Of a stretch of DNA of 64,000 nucleotides, positions 36,990-49,299 are shown piece by piece. Each line of letters starts with the position of its first letter. Position 1 is the first letter of the stretch. The stretch lies in the NCBI GenBank assembly GCA_021432655.1, contig MU271323.1, positions 4,851 to 68,850 of the forward strand. Reading direction: 5' to 3'. The position numbers were made by a program, and so were the translations under genes. The DNA comes from Atractiella rhizophila (taxonomy: Eukaryota). The notes beneath the pieces are model-generated. The model did no database searches, was not told the origin of the DNA, and saw nothing but the letters and a program-made list of their open reading frames with translations.

Positions 36990-38116
36990 TCAGGATCAGT
37001 CCATTTGATGCTTCATCGACATCAACAGCATGAAAAATCAAGAATATGGGTTGTCTTCCTCACTTACACCGAACAGGATACTTCCAATGGCTCTAATGAA
37101 GAAGCACAGGCTGCTTTAGAAAAGCCTGTTTAAGATATCGTAAAGCATTATGATCAAAAACAAGGACCTGCTTTAAAATACAAAGTAGGCAACTTAGTCT
37201 ATCTGGATGCTAGGAACATTACCTCCCTTCACCCTCTCAAGAAGCTAGATGACAAGTGGTTTGGCCCTTTTCCTGTTGCTAAGATCATCTCTCCTGTTAA
37301 TACTTTCCCATCCAGCATGTCAATTCATGCTGTATTCCACATCTCTCTTACTTGAAAGACCTCTCCACATATCTGTCTCCCTGATCAACCAGAACATATG
37401 ACATTATTATCATTAAGGGAGAAGAACCAGAGATACTTGAAGCATGGAAGTGATATAATAATCTGTGGTTCAGAGTCAAGTGGAAGGATTACCCTCTTGA
37501 GGAATCAACAATAAAGAAATGGAATGACCTGGAGAATGCACAAGAGGCTGTTGAGTCGCTTTATCAAAAGAATCCACAAGCACTCAGACAGAAGAACATT
37601 CATTCCTGGGTGTTTCAACCTGAGGACTTAAATCAGTGCCCTCTTAACAGAGCAGGGTAACATGATGGGGCACCATAAATCCTATCAGTATTAATCTGCC
37701 CTAGAGGGCAGTTCATACATTCCTTCATTGCTCTTCAACATCAGCTTACATCCTTTACTCTTCTACCTTGTCCTAGCATCAGTCTTGACAGGGGGATATT
37801 GTCAGGGTTCGGTTCTGGAGCATGACTTATGTTCTAAAATATGTGGCAAATGGTCTAGAAGGTTCCATCAGGTAGGTGGCAAATAAAGTTAAAGATGGAA
37901 TATGCTGGAACATTCTGGAACTTGTGGCTGTCTGTGTATAAATACACTGGCCAATGGAGTAAGATATCCAGATTGGTTCTCTGAGGATATCCACTCTTCT
38001 TGCAGGTTAGTATCTCCTTAGATCATTGATATAATACTTAGGATATCCACTCTACTTACCAGCTTCCCCCATTGCTTACAACAAGAGTGTTAGCCCTAAC
38101 AAACCGTGCCCTAACA
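36990..38116 (+). mobile_element. Old Ty3/Gypsy (chromovirus) 3' remnant: integrase tail, chromodomain, PPT, LTR
   Basis: YKVGNLVYLDARNI..PLKKLDDKWFGPF, IHAVFHISL, WFRVKWKDY..DLENAQEAVESLY. Purine tract GACAGGGGGA lies just before the LTR. Confidence 0.8.
37800..38116 (+). repeat. Gypsy 3' LTR (317 bp)
   Basis: TGTCAGGGTTCGGTT ... AACCGTGCCCTAACA imperfect terminal inverted repeat. A related inverted copy lies at about 38865-39058 and another LTR start at 38663. Confidence 0.8.
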
Positions 38117-38739
38117 TGGTTCTCATCTAGCCTAATTAATCCCCACTTCCTATTAGCCTCAATGTCTGAAAGCCATCAGACGACAATCCTTACTTCTTTG
38201 ACTATCATGAAACTCAAGGGATGGGAGAACTACCACACTTGGTGCTTCTAGGTCCAGGCGAAGCTGCTGGGCAGGAACTGCTAAGGGAATGTTGCTGGGC
38301 TGGATGTCAAACCTGTTGATACTTTGGAAGAGGTGGTAGGAGGTCTCGGAGGATGGCAGGAAGGTTGAGACAGCATAGAAAGAGTGACAAGGCATGCCCA
38401 TCTAACGTATTTGATCATTACTAAAGTATGTAAGGATCACGTACTCACTGATTTACCTGAGATCAATGTTAGGAGCAGAAGGAGGTCTGGTATAAGTGCA
38501 AAGAGCTGTTAGAGCTGACATTCAGTCAGGCTATTGGGTAGAGAGGCTGTCGAGTGGATATCCTAAGTATTATTACAATGACAAGTGTGTCAACGGCCTT
38601 TGTCCCTCAGGCCCCTCACCCACTTGCAAGGGGCATGGCCCCTTGAACTCTACTGTGACCATTGTCAGGGTTCGAGTCCAGCACAAAACACATTTTTCAA
38701 CCCTTTCAGAATAAAATTTCCTTGCAGGTTCAGAAAGGG

Positions 38740-38864
38740 GCAAGCATATGGGATGTGATGGTATAATATATTTCATTCCATTGTGTACGGTGAGGGAGGT
38801 GTGAGGGCTCAAAAGTGCGTCTTATGACTCATGCCAAGAACTGATGAATCTTAGAGTATAGGAA
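38740..38864 (-). mobile_element. Third copy of the Helitron 5' end, abutting an inverted LTR fragment
   Basis: Reverse complement reads CTATACTCTAAGATTCATCAGTTCTTGGCATGAGTCATAAGACGCACTTTTGAGCCCTCACACCTCCCT. Confidence 0.75.
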
Positions 38865-39199
38865 TAGGATACAAGAGATACTAACCTACTAAGTAGGGTG
38901 GATATTCTAAGAGAACCAATCTGGATATCTCACTCCATTGGTAGCTATATTTATACATATACAGCCATAAGTTCCAGAATGTTCCAGCATATAGTACTCT
39001 TAACTCCATTTGCCACATCTAATCTTCTAAGAGCGTTGGGTTCCTTGGCATGAGTCATTTACAGTCAAGAAACTCAGGTGAGTAAAGAAGTGAGCAAACC
39101 AAGAGGCTAAACTGAGTCTGGAAGATCCATCTCATCACTCTGACCTGCATCTCCTTCAAGAAGAGCCTTATCTGTCTCTGGCTTAAGGATTGGGTGGGT

Positions 39200-40044
39200 T
39201 GATAAGTACATCGGAGTGGTATAGTGAAGGATCCAAACGAACCTTCTTCCCTCGCCATCTTCTGCTTGAAGATCCCAATCAAGCACATGATTTGATCAAG
39301 AGGCACAAGGTGGAATTCATCGCTCCACTGGTAGAGGATTTCGCTTTCAAAGAGGTATCTGGGCTTGTTTCAGGGTCGAAGAAAGTCCCTGGGACTCAAA
39401 GATAGACAACTGCCTCGCCATAGAAGGTCTCTCCAGTGCCGTCAATGCCCTGTTTCTCTCATTAGAAGAGATAGTAAGACGGATTGACCAACAACATACC
39501 TCATATCTGCACATCTTGTATGCTTCAAACTTCCATGACCTTTCCAACTTCCGTGAACGAATGACGTCCCGTTAGCCAAAGGGCACTGGCCCCAGTGTTC
39601 CCACTTTGCCACAATCTTCTCCAGGTCCAGCCCATCAAGGTTCTTTCCGCGAGAGTCGCAATAGGTTCAAATCAAAGCGAGCTCCTCCATCCATTCAGTG
39701 CTATATTCGGTGCCTTGCAGCTTTGCCAGCTTCGTGGGAAGAATCGATGCCTAGCGAGGCGAGTAGACTGGGTTACATGAGTGGATGGAAGAAAAGGGCT
39801 GAATTGAGAACCTGCCATCTCATAAATTGCATTTTGGGCTGGATACAGAATATCAACAATATTCATCTGCTCCTACAAGAGAGCTTGGTTCAGCAGGTTC
39901 TCCTGGTACCTGTTGTCCTGATTAATTCGTTTCTTAAGAAATCCAATCATTCCCTCTATCGGGAACTGTGAGTAGAGAATCCCTGGCCCCTACCAGAGGA
40001 TCCAGTCGGTGATGTGCAAGAGATGGTGGATGTACATGGGCATA
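39200..40044 (-). pseudogene. CACTA (En/Spm, Tnp2-type) transposase, C-terminal fragment
   Basis: Reverse strand reads IHHLLHITDWILW*GPGILYSQFPIEGMIGFLKKRINQ..ENLLNQAL and later GETFYGEAVVY. It ends at the Gypsy 5' LTR. Confidence 0.7.
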
Positions 40045-43000
40045 TGACTAAGCCAAGTGCATGGCTTGCCCCTACGCATTACCGAAATGCACCATTTGAA
40101 GTCACGTGACCTACTTTCACCAAGTCATAGGATCACGTGCCTGCCCATCGCCGCTTTGCTCATGTTTGCGCTGATCGTCGCCTTCCCCTATCTCACACAA
40201 ATTGCCGCTCAGCAAACCTTACACATTTCGCCGGTCTGCACTGTCTCCATTATTGCTTTATTGTCCTTTCTCACTTGTACTGCTCAGTATGTCTTATTTC
40301 CGAGTATTCCCTTTATTGCTTTCCTGATCTAGCTATCTTACATGTTTCAAGAAACGTATGTTACAGTTTATGGCAGTGCCTTTACATATGTATATATACA
40401 TCGAGATGTAGTGGTGGTGACCTCAGAGTATTCCCTTAGGTTTACCTCCACTACAGGTTAGTCTTCTCATGCCATACTATTCTCTTAGGTTTACCTCCAC
40501 TACAGATGCATTGCCTGTCAGCGACCGCACATAGTGTCCGCCCTAACAGAAGAATACTCTCTCTCTCATTTTCGAAAACCAAACTTAAAAAATGTCGGAG
40601 GTTTGGGGAGATATGGAAACATGCGAACCGCCAACGAGCAAAGTACGCATCCAGCACTTAGAAAGGATGTTCCAAACTCTACACCTCACAACTGAAAAGC
40701 AATTCAAAAAACTCGAACAAGACCTCATGACAAGCTTCAACCAACAAAATGCGCAAACCTCCCAGAATGCGAACGAAATTGCACAACTGAGGTCCGACAT
40801 CCAAAACACAAACGACCGAATTTTACAATTGCTAGATTCCAGACTACCCCCTCCTAGAGATAGTGGAACCTCTTCCCCCTTTTTATTGTGAATGGAACCA
40901 ATACCTCAAGCTTACTCTTCTCCCTCTATACCCCAAACTGCCCAAGTTGCACCAAAATGAGCGTTACCCAATCGAAAGATCTTGAGGAGGATTTTTAGGA
41001 CGGTGGTGGGTGGAAGAAGTGTCTCCATCGCTGACTTGCAATTCATTTACGTCATCTAAAATCACTTCCAACAAAACGACGTCCAGCACAGTATTCCCCC
41101 TGTCTGAACAAGACTCCCCATTCCCGAATTCGCGTTTTCCCTCCTGGAGACAAAGATGCGCAGAAGTCGCAAAAATGTATGACAAAGTCCACTTATGCTC
41201 GACAACAGCATCTCTTGTCAGTTCGAAGACGAAGCTCAGAACCGCATTCCACCATCCACATTTCCATGGCCGACACGCCACATCGGCGCTCGTTGACAGC
41301 GGCGCAACTACTTCTTTTATTTCTCCAAAACTCGTTTCTGCATACAACCTACCTGTCACCCAACTTTCTTCCCCAGTACCTGTTTATAACGTCGACGGAT
41401 CTCTCAATCAAGGAGGATCCATCCATTCTGTCACTTACTTACCCATTTCGATCGCCGCTCACCATGAGGTTTGGCAATTCGCTGTAGCGGAGTTAGGGAC
41501 TGTCGACATGATTTTAGGCCACGACTGGCTAAGACACCACAACCCAGAGATCAACTGGGACTCAGGGAAAGTTGCAGCCTCTCGTTGCCCTACCAGTTGC
41601 AATGCAGATGACGTGTCTACCACTCGCGAACACTTCCCGCCATCGTCTACCTCGATACGAGCTGCTATGACAAAATCGCAGAAACTGGCGAAAGATGCGG
41701 TGGCGATGAGACCAAAAAATGTCGTCGAAATACCAACGCAAATCACCGATTTTGCAGACATTTTCGACAACGAAAAATTCGACGACCTTGGGACCACGCG
41801 ATCAACCTTATACCCAAAACACAACCATATGCAGGTCCGGCCTACCCCTTGAAAAGAGACGAACAAGCGGCGCTCGACCAATTCATTGACGCTGAACTGA
41901 GCGCCGGTCGTATACGTCCTAGCACAGGTGAACATGGAGCTTCTGTTTTTTTCACGCACAAAAAGACTCCTCCGAACTTCGTCCCTTTTTCGATTATCAG
42001 AAGCTGAACGAAGCCACAGTCAAAGACAAGACCCCACTCCCCATTCAAGCTGACCTCTTTTCCATGGTTTCTGGTAAGAAGTTTTTCAGCAAGATTGATC
42101 TGAGGAAAGGGTTCAACAACGTTCGTATCAAAGAAGGAGACGAACACTAAGCGGCGTTTCGCACAAATCGAGGACTTTTCGAACCATTGGTGATGTATTT
42201 CGACTCTGCAACTCACCGGCGACCTTTCAAGCTTTCCTGAACTCTATTTTTCGCGCTATGATCACCGCTGCGTTCATCTTCATATACATCGACGACATCC
42301 TAATTGCGACAGAAATTGAAGAAGAACACTGGGAACGCGTTCAACAAGTTTGTCCAATTTTGCGCGAAAATGGACTTTATGTTAACTTACAGAAATGTGT
42401 TTGGTGTCAAAGCGAAGTAGAGTATCTAGGATTGATCATTACCAGCAGAGGGATTGAACCAGATCCAGTAAAGGTCGCAGGAGTGATGGATTGGCCAGAA
42501 CCGAAAAACATGAAGGAGGTCCAAATGTTTCTCGGTTTTGCTAATTTCTATGGCCGCTTTTGCGATAGATTCAGTCACATCGCAAGACCTTTATATGAAC
42601 TGACCAAAAAGGAGGTTTCCTGGGTCTGGGCGGTAGATGAACAATGTTCGTTCGTCGCTTTGAAACAGCTCATGACTTCGGCGCCCGTTTTAGCACATCC
42701 CGAACAATAGGACGATTTTTGCTCGAAGTCGATGCGTCAAATTTCGCGACAGGCGCCGTTTTGTCGCAAATGAAGCCAGATGGGAAGTTTCATCCTCTTG
42801 GTTTCGTATCAAAATCGCTCGACGCTGCCCAGAGGAACTACGACACCTACAACAAAGAAATGCTCGCGATTATGTGCGGACTGCAAGAATGGAGACACCT
42901 TCTACAAGGTACTGATGAGCCATTTCTGATCCTGACCGATCACAAAAACCTCGAGTATTTCAGAATGCCACAGAAGTTGAATCGCCGACAGGCACGCTGG

Positions 43001-44764
43001 ATCACAGAACTTGCATCCTTCAACTTCACTCTTCTACACCGTCCTGGGCGGAACTCCGCAAAACCAGATGCGCTCAGTCGGCGACCGGATCACAAACCGG
43101 CAACTTGCCACAACTTCGACGTAGTATTACTCCCAGAACGTTTTTTCAACACGGATGGTATCGCCATCAACGTGGCTGGGAGCACGGTTGCGCTCACAAG
43201 ACAAATGTCGGAGTTGAGTATACTAGAACGCGTGAAAAAGGTACCTGAACGAAAAGAACAAGTAGTCAAGGCCTTGAGAGAGATCCTAGACGAACCAGTC
43301 GACGTGATTCGCCGACGGGAGTGGCAAGAAGTCGATGGCGCTGTCTATGTTCGTGGAAAACTCTACATTCCCCGCGACGACGAAATTCGCCGCTCGATTT
43401 TGCAAGACCTGCACGATTCGCAAATCGCCGGTCATCCAGGCGTAAAATCGACGACGGCTCTCGTAAAAAGGTACTACTGGTGGCCAGGTTTGGCGCATTA
43501 CGTTCGCCGCTATGTCAACGCCTGCCACACTTGCCACAGAATGAAAAAATTTCCTTCCCCACCTGTCGGGTTTTTGCAACCAAATGACATTCCCACACGT
43601 CGATGGCAAATTGTCAGCATGGACTTGGTTGGACCTCTCCCAGAATCTGGGAGGTTTGACACGATTTTCGTCATAGTAGACAGACTCTCAAACCGCTCCC
43701 ATCTCATCCCCACCCATCCAACGATGGATGCAGAAGGCCTTGCAAGGCTTTTTCACGATCATGTATGGACGTTACATGGACTTTACGATGTCGCAATTTT
43801 CGATCGAGGCAAAGAGTTTGTGTCCCAATTCACATCTGCGCTTTTTCGCCTATTAGGTATCAAAGGTTCACCATCGACAGCCTATCACCCGCAAAGTGAT
43901 GGTCAGACTGAACGTGTGAACCAAGAAGTTGAGCAATATTTGCGCATTTTCTGCAACCACCTTCAGGATAATTGGGTGGAAGGACTCCCCAATGCAGAAT
44001 TTGCGCTCAACAATGGCGTCAGTTCGGCGACGGGCATAACTCCATTTCACTCGATTGGGGTCAACACCCCCACATGGGCTTTGAACCCATCTCCGACGAA
44101 GACGTCCCAGCAGCGGCGCAATTCGTCGAAAGGATGCAAATCGCCAACCGAGAAGCACAAGCAGCAGATCTCATGGCAAAACATTATGACAGAAAACGCG
44201 CACCAGCGCCCGAATATCACGTCGGGGATTTCGTCTGGTTGAGCGCGAAAAACATCAAGTCGAGGAGACCTGTCAAAAAGTTGGACGACAAATGGCATGG
44301 CCCTTTTCGCGTTCTGCAAGTTTTGCGTCCCCTCAACCTCAAACTCGAGTTGCCATCCTCATGGAAGATACATCCAGTATTCCATGTGGGCCTAATACGA
44401 AAAGTCAACGAAGACGACATCCCTGGTCAAGTCCAGTTGCCTAAACCACCTCCGGAATTAGTGAATGGAATTGAGGAATGGGAAGTAGAAAAAATTGTGG
44501 ATGGGAAATGGTTCGGTACCCAAAAGAAAGTTTTCAAATATCACGTTCGATACATAGGGTATTCACCATCTGAAGACGAGTGGATAAACATTGCAGATTT
44601 GGAAAATTCGCAAGATGCTATAAAAGACTATCACACTGCACATCCTCTTGCAGTTCGTCCCGATTCCATACCGAACTCCGCAAAAAATCGCTCAAATAAG
44701 TGTTTTCGTAACCTTTGATGAAAACGCGCTGGAGGGTCTTCCTCACTTTAAGGGGTCCTATGAC
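40045..44764 (+). mobile_element. Ty3/Gypsy chromovirus: 5' LTR, partial gag, PR-RT-RNaseH-IN-chromodomain, 3' LTR deleted
   Basis: LTR about 40045-40520 (TGAC..GTCA). Protease ALVDSGATTSFIS; RT FSKIDLRKGFNN and YIDDILI; RNase H EVDASNFATGAVL and TDHKNLEYF; integrase H..GHPG..CHTC, SMDLV, PQSDGQTERVNQ; chromodomain EWEVEKIVD..YHVRYIGYSPSEDEW. PPT-like AAGGGG then only TGAC. Confidence 0.95.
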
Positions 44765-46145
44765 AAAGATAGCATCAGAAGGCGTCTTGTTGTTGAAAAC
44801 TTGCGCTCCATCAAGAGAAAAGGCAAGAATGGTATCGGAAGGTAAGATTTTCTTTTCACGAGCAAGCTTGAGGTAATCCGAACCACAATAGATATCGTCA
44901 AGGATATCAGGCAGCATCCCATCTTGGGGACACTTTTCGAGAAGGTCCTTCGTCCGTCTGGCCCTATGCTTTGAAGCAGACACTCCTTCTTCGGTGGCCC
45001 AGCGAGCCTGGAGGGGAGCTTCAAATGGAACCACGAAATACTGTTGTCTAGGAACCTTCTTCTTGCGCTTGCCTCCTGGTTTTGACGTTGCTTCTCGATA
45101 GCGTGATAGGTGACATTTTGGGCATTCCATGAATTCAGACCATTCACCAGTATACACAATGCAAGAGTTCGGACACATGTCAAATGCCTCTGGCATTATA
45201 TGACTTTTCTCCTTGATGCAACGCTTTATTCGATCGAGGGAAAGTGTGCTTGTCTTGAATCGCTCCTCCACCTAGGCACGAAGATCCTCATACAAGTCTC
45301 CAGCGGCACGTCCATGGCAAATCATGAAAAGCTCTAGGGAGATAATTTGTTCGTGGGTTAATGGAGTATACTCGTATTTCTCTTCCTCCATGACATTATG
45401 AACTTGTCTGTCAGAATCTTGGGTTGTTCTCTGTTCACAAGAGAGACGACGAAGTTGTTCATCGACCAACAAGAGATTTGCAGCCAGCTCGTCCACTATT
45501 GAAGGTCAGTATGATAATATTCCTAGTATCAGTACGTACGCTCATGATTTTCCCCTATTTGCTCACTGTTTTCTTTTTCTCCATCACATTCCTCTTCCTC
45601 CTCTTCCTCCCCTTCTTCTTCATCCTCTTCATCTTTCTCCTGCTCATTCTCGCTTAAATCATCTAGGGGTTCCTCTTCTCCTGGTTCTCCGACTATTGGA
45701 CGTGCCAATCGGTCTCGCACAAGTCGACGATGTTCAACCCGCTCAAGCTCGTTCAGAGTGGTTCGGATCGGGTCATCCCCAGGCATAGAAGTGCCGTCGC
45801 AGCCGGAAGGAGGTTGCGAAGGAATATGGTGTGAGAGGTTGACGTTATGTTCGTCGTTGTTGCTCTAAAGCTCTCTTAGGATCTTAGGACAATTAATCTG
45901 AAATAACGACATACCAGCGGCCCAACCTCAGATCCATCCAAGAAATCATCCTCCATTTCTCCCTGTTCCTCCATATCTCTAGCAGAGATGTCTTCTTGCC
46001 CTATGCCTCCCATCATAGCCTGATCTGCTTCTCGATACAGAGCATGGCGGTTATAGGAGCTTTTGCCAACCCTTCTCCATTCTCCTCCGCAATATTTCGT
46101 GCAGTTACACTCCCAAATATTGTTCTCGCCATCTCCTTTGGCCAT
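44765..46145 (-). pseudogene. CACTA (Tnp2-type) transposase, N-terminal part
   Basis: CNCTKYCGG..SYNRH, an acidic tract, FDMCPNSCIVYTG..CPKCHLSRY, PLQARW, DDIYCGSDY, LAFSLDGAQVF. Truncated at the Gypsy junction. Confidence 0.85.
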
Positions 46146-46299
46146 CACAGGTTTTAGGGTAGATTTAGAGCAGTTGGAAGGACTCAATGGCGCAGAATTA
46201 TGGGACTCACGTGCGTACATCACCTTCATTCTTCTTCCACAACGACCTGGATATTTCCTCACTATTTTTCCTTACTAATTTACTGCAGTACCTCTTTAA

Positions 46300-48848
46300 T
46301 ATGTCTTCAAAACGTTCCTACAACTATGACGAGTCCGATGACGATATAGGAGGTGCTTTTATGTCCTGGTCAGATAATGAAGGGTATGGGGACTTGTCCG
46401 TCCTTTCTTCCACAGTCCTTCTAATGATATCCATCTGATGAATCTGTGGCCAGAGTCTGACGTTGACCCTTGAGAACACCTTACAATGCTCCTTCCGTCA
46501 ACTGATCTGTCGCGGCAGACGCAGAGGCGTGATGTTTCTCGTACACCTTCCTCCCGACCTTCAGTCCCTCCGCAAAGTCGAAAGCCCTTCTCTGAGCTTT
46601 CTGAATGAGACTGGCTGAAGATTCAACAGGCGGATGAACATGCTTTGATGAAGTCAGGAAACTCCGTTTATCTTGGGTTGAAAAAAGAGGTTGAAAAGCT
46701 CAGAAGCCTTAATGAGTCCCCTCAGTGCGTGTTCTTTGCTTTTATCCTGCAGGCTCTAAGGCAACAAGTGTCACTTAGGTTGGCTGTGTGCAATCTTTCT
46801 TCAAGTGTCATGCCAGCAAACAAACCTCAATCTGCTCCTACCCAGTCTACCAGCTCTCAACAGTTTATCATACCCTGAGGAATATGAACAGTATACCCTT
46901 CTCCGGCCAGCTCAGAAAAGGCCATCTCACAGTCTCCTGTTCACTCGTGAGGAGTTCAAGAAGTGGAGATCGCAGTTTCAGAAACTTTCTGCTGAGGGCA
47001 GAGCGGGGAAGAAGTACGAATAGTTGAGGGACTTCAATGGTGTACAAGTTCCTCAAGAACGCATGATGGACATCAAACAAGAAGCTCGTGAGATTCTGGA
47101 TGCCATGTATGATGGACCTTTGCATCAACGGAAGACATGGCATCAGATTCTCCATTCTCATCGTATCTGAGGTGTTGCTGTGCTCGAAAGCAAGTTTCCT
47201 GAGCTAACGCAGTGTCAAGGACGTGCCATGGCAGATCACATCCTCGCTGAATGCAGACATCGACAATTAGAACGTTACAGAGCTGGTGATCGGCGTCGCG
47301 AGAAGCGACTGAAGGTCGAGGAAGATGCGGGGAAGGTACTTGGAGAAGAAGGATCCCTCTCTCCACCAGCTCTGTCTTTGACTCAGCATTTAACTCCCTC
47401 TGCGACAGGAAAGGAGCGAGGAGCAGAGAATCGAAGTTATGCAAAGAAGAATGCAAGCTCTATTTCAGGATCAAAGCCCGTATTCTTTTCCTTTTACTTT
47501 TCACGAAGCTGATAGACTGAGCAGCTTCACCGATATTCCGATCCACCCTTCGTTGCAGAGTTCAGGATACCCCAGTGGTATGACACTCTCTTCAAGATGT
47601 GACATGAACACTTACCTCTTTGTTTAGACCGCGTACCAACTGGGTCCAGCGTCACGGATGCTCGTGGAGAGCTGCCAAAAACAAGAAATGACGTAGAGAA
47701 TAGTATGTTCTTTCCAAACTTGTCCCTCGTTTCTAATGTTGCACTTGCACATCACATTGGTGCATTTACTGATAAACAATTACGCATAGACACCAATCTC
47801 AACATCACCCGACCAGCTCATACTCCGTTTCGCGCAAACAACTCCAGCGCCGCTGATTCTACAACTTCAAAAATCACAGAGGAACTCAGCATTCAAGTTG
47901 GGGCAGGCATATCGGTCAACGTCCACCGTATGTTCTTTCCGTTCCTGACGTGTTGATTTCTTAACAACCGATGCTTCAACTGCTCCTTCAGACAGCCCAT
48001 TGTTGTCTCATTTAGATGCTCTTCCGGTTGCCGAAACCACCAACGTCTACATTGTCCAGCCTGACTGCTTCGCGGCTGACAGCCCTCGTACTGGCCCAGG
48101 TGCTGTACCAGTACGCCAACTCGAAACAACAGAGCGTAACGGCACAGCAGTGAGTTACCCAGGAGCCGATGTGCGAGAAAGCAACACGGTGGATAGCGTG
48201 GACTTGCCAGGTCTGTACTCCACGGTTATTTCCTATGATTCTCGCTAAGTGTAGGTGCCAGCGACAATTGTGAGGCCGTACGCTGAAAGGACAGCTTTAC
48301 CACCTCGCACGCTTACACCTGTTGCGGCAAGCTATTGCTGCTTCCTCTATGTACGCAAAGCTTGTCTGAAAAGTGGCAGGCACCGCTCCATATTGGACAC
48401 TTGCCAGCGACAAAAGGAGCTACGACTAAGCGTATCCTGGGCGGAAGGTGTGTCAACAGCCTGCTGGCAATTCTGTGTAACTGAAACATGCATTTCACAT
48501 ATAGGGAGATGTACAAGCGGTTTCGGATGGAGCAATGTGAGCAAGAGCGTGCTGCATGCAATTGGTAGCAGACCAGATTTCAAGAAGGAGTATACGCAGC
48601 TTTCACAAGCTGAAAAAGCGGTCTGTATCTCGTTCAATACAGCAAGTTTGTGCTTTGCTAAACTCAATGGGGCAGGACTGGAACCGGTGATGGAAGGAAC
48701 AATCGGCATCGACTCAGACAGCAGCAGCAAAGCCATCGAGCTCATCGACAACATTGTGAGGTTGAAGTTCAGAAGGGTGCAGGAGGGTGCAGGAGGAGGA
48801 GAAGGAGTAGGTGCAGGTGCGAGGGGCAACGGGATCGGCAGATGTTAA
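46300..48848 (+). pseudogene. Multi-exon gene divergent from the CACTA transposase, probable accessory (TnpA-like) ORF of unknown function
   Basis: Chained + strand ORFs with GT..AG intron-like breaks and stops, lying between the transposase start and the CACTA terminus. Confidence 0.4.
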
Positions 48849-48849
48849 A

Positions 48850-49061
48850 ACGCTGCAAATTTCGGAAAATAATGGAAATTCCTGTTGTTGCGCCAATCAT
48901 CAGTCTCTCGCGTGTCTGAAAAACTGCAAAAAAATCCGTAACCTGACCCAAATTTTGCGAGTTTTCCATCACACCGAAAAAGTGGGGAAAATGCTGGTAA
49001 ATCTTGTCAAAAGCCGGAAAGCATTTTTGACAGGGTCTCAGCACTGTTTTCGCTGGTAGTG
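48850..49061. repeat. CACTA element terminus
   Basis: Ends ...GTTTTCGCTGGTAGTG at 49061 (reverse complement CACTACCAGCGAAAAC), preceded by A/T-tract subterminal motifs. Confidence 0.6.
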
Positions 49062-49299
49062 CCTGGAGTGACTAGGTTGGCACTAAGCCAGCCCTGCAAG
49101 GTTCCATGGCATGTGAATTGTGGTGTAATATGTTGGTCATGCCATGTGTCTATGGTCCTGCTAGCAATAGCTAAGAATCTCACTAAAGGTGGAACATAGA
49201 TTGTGCTAAAGGAGAAGACAGAAGGTATTCAATTCTCTATTCAATAAATTTCGAAAAATCGTTTCCCTCAATCACTCCGCAGCAGCTGATGGTGATATC

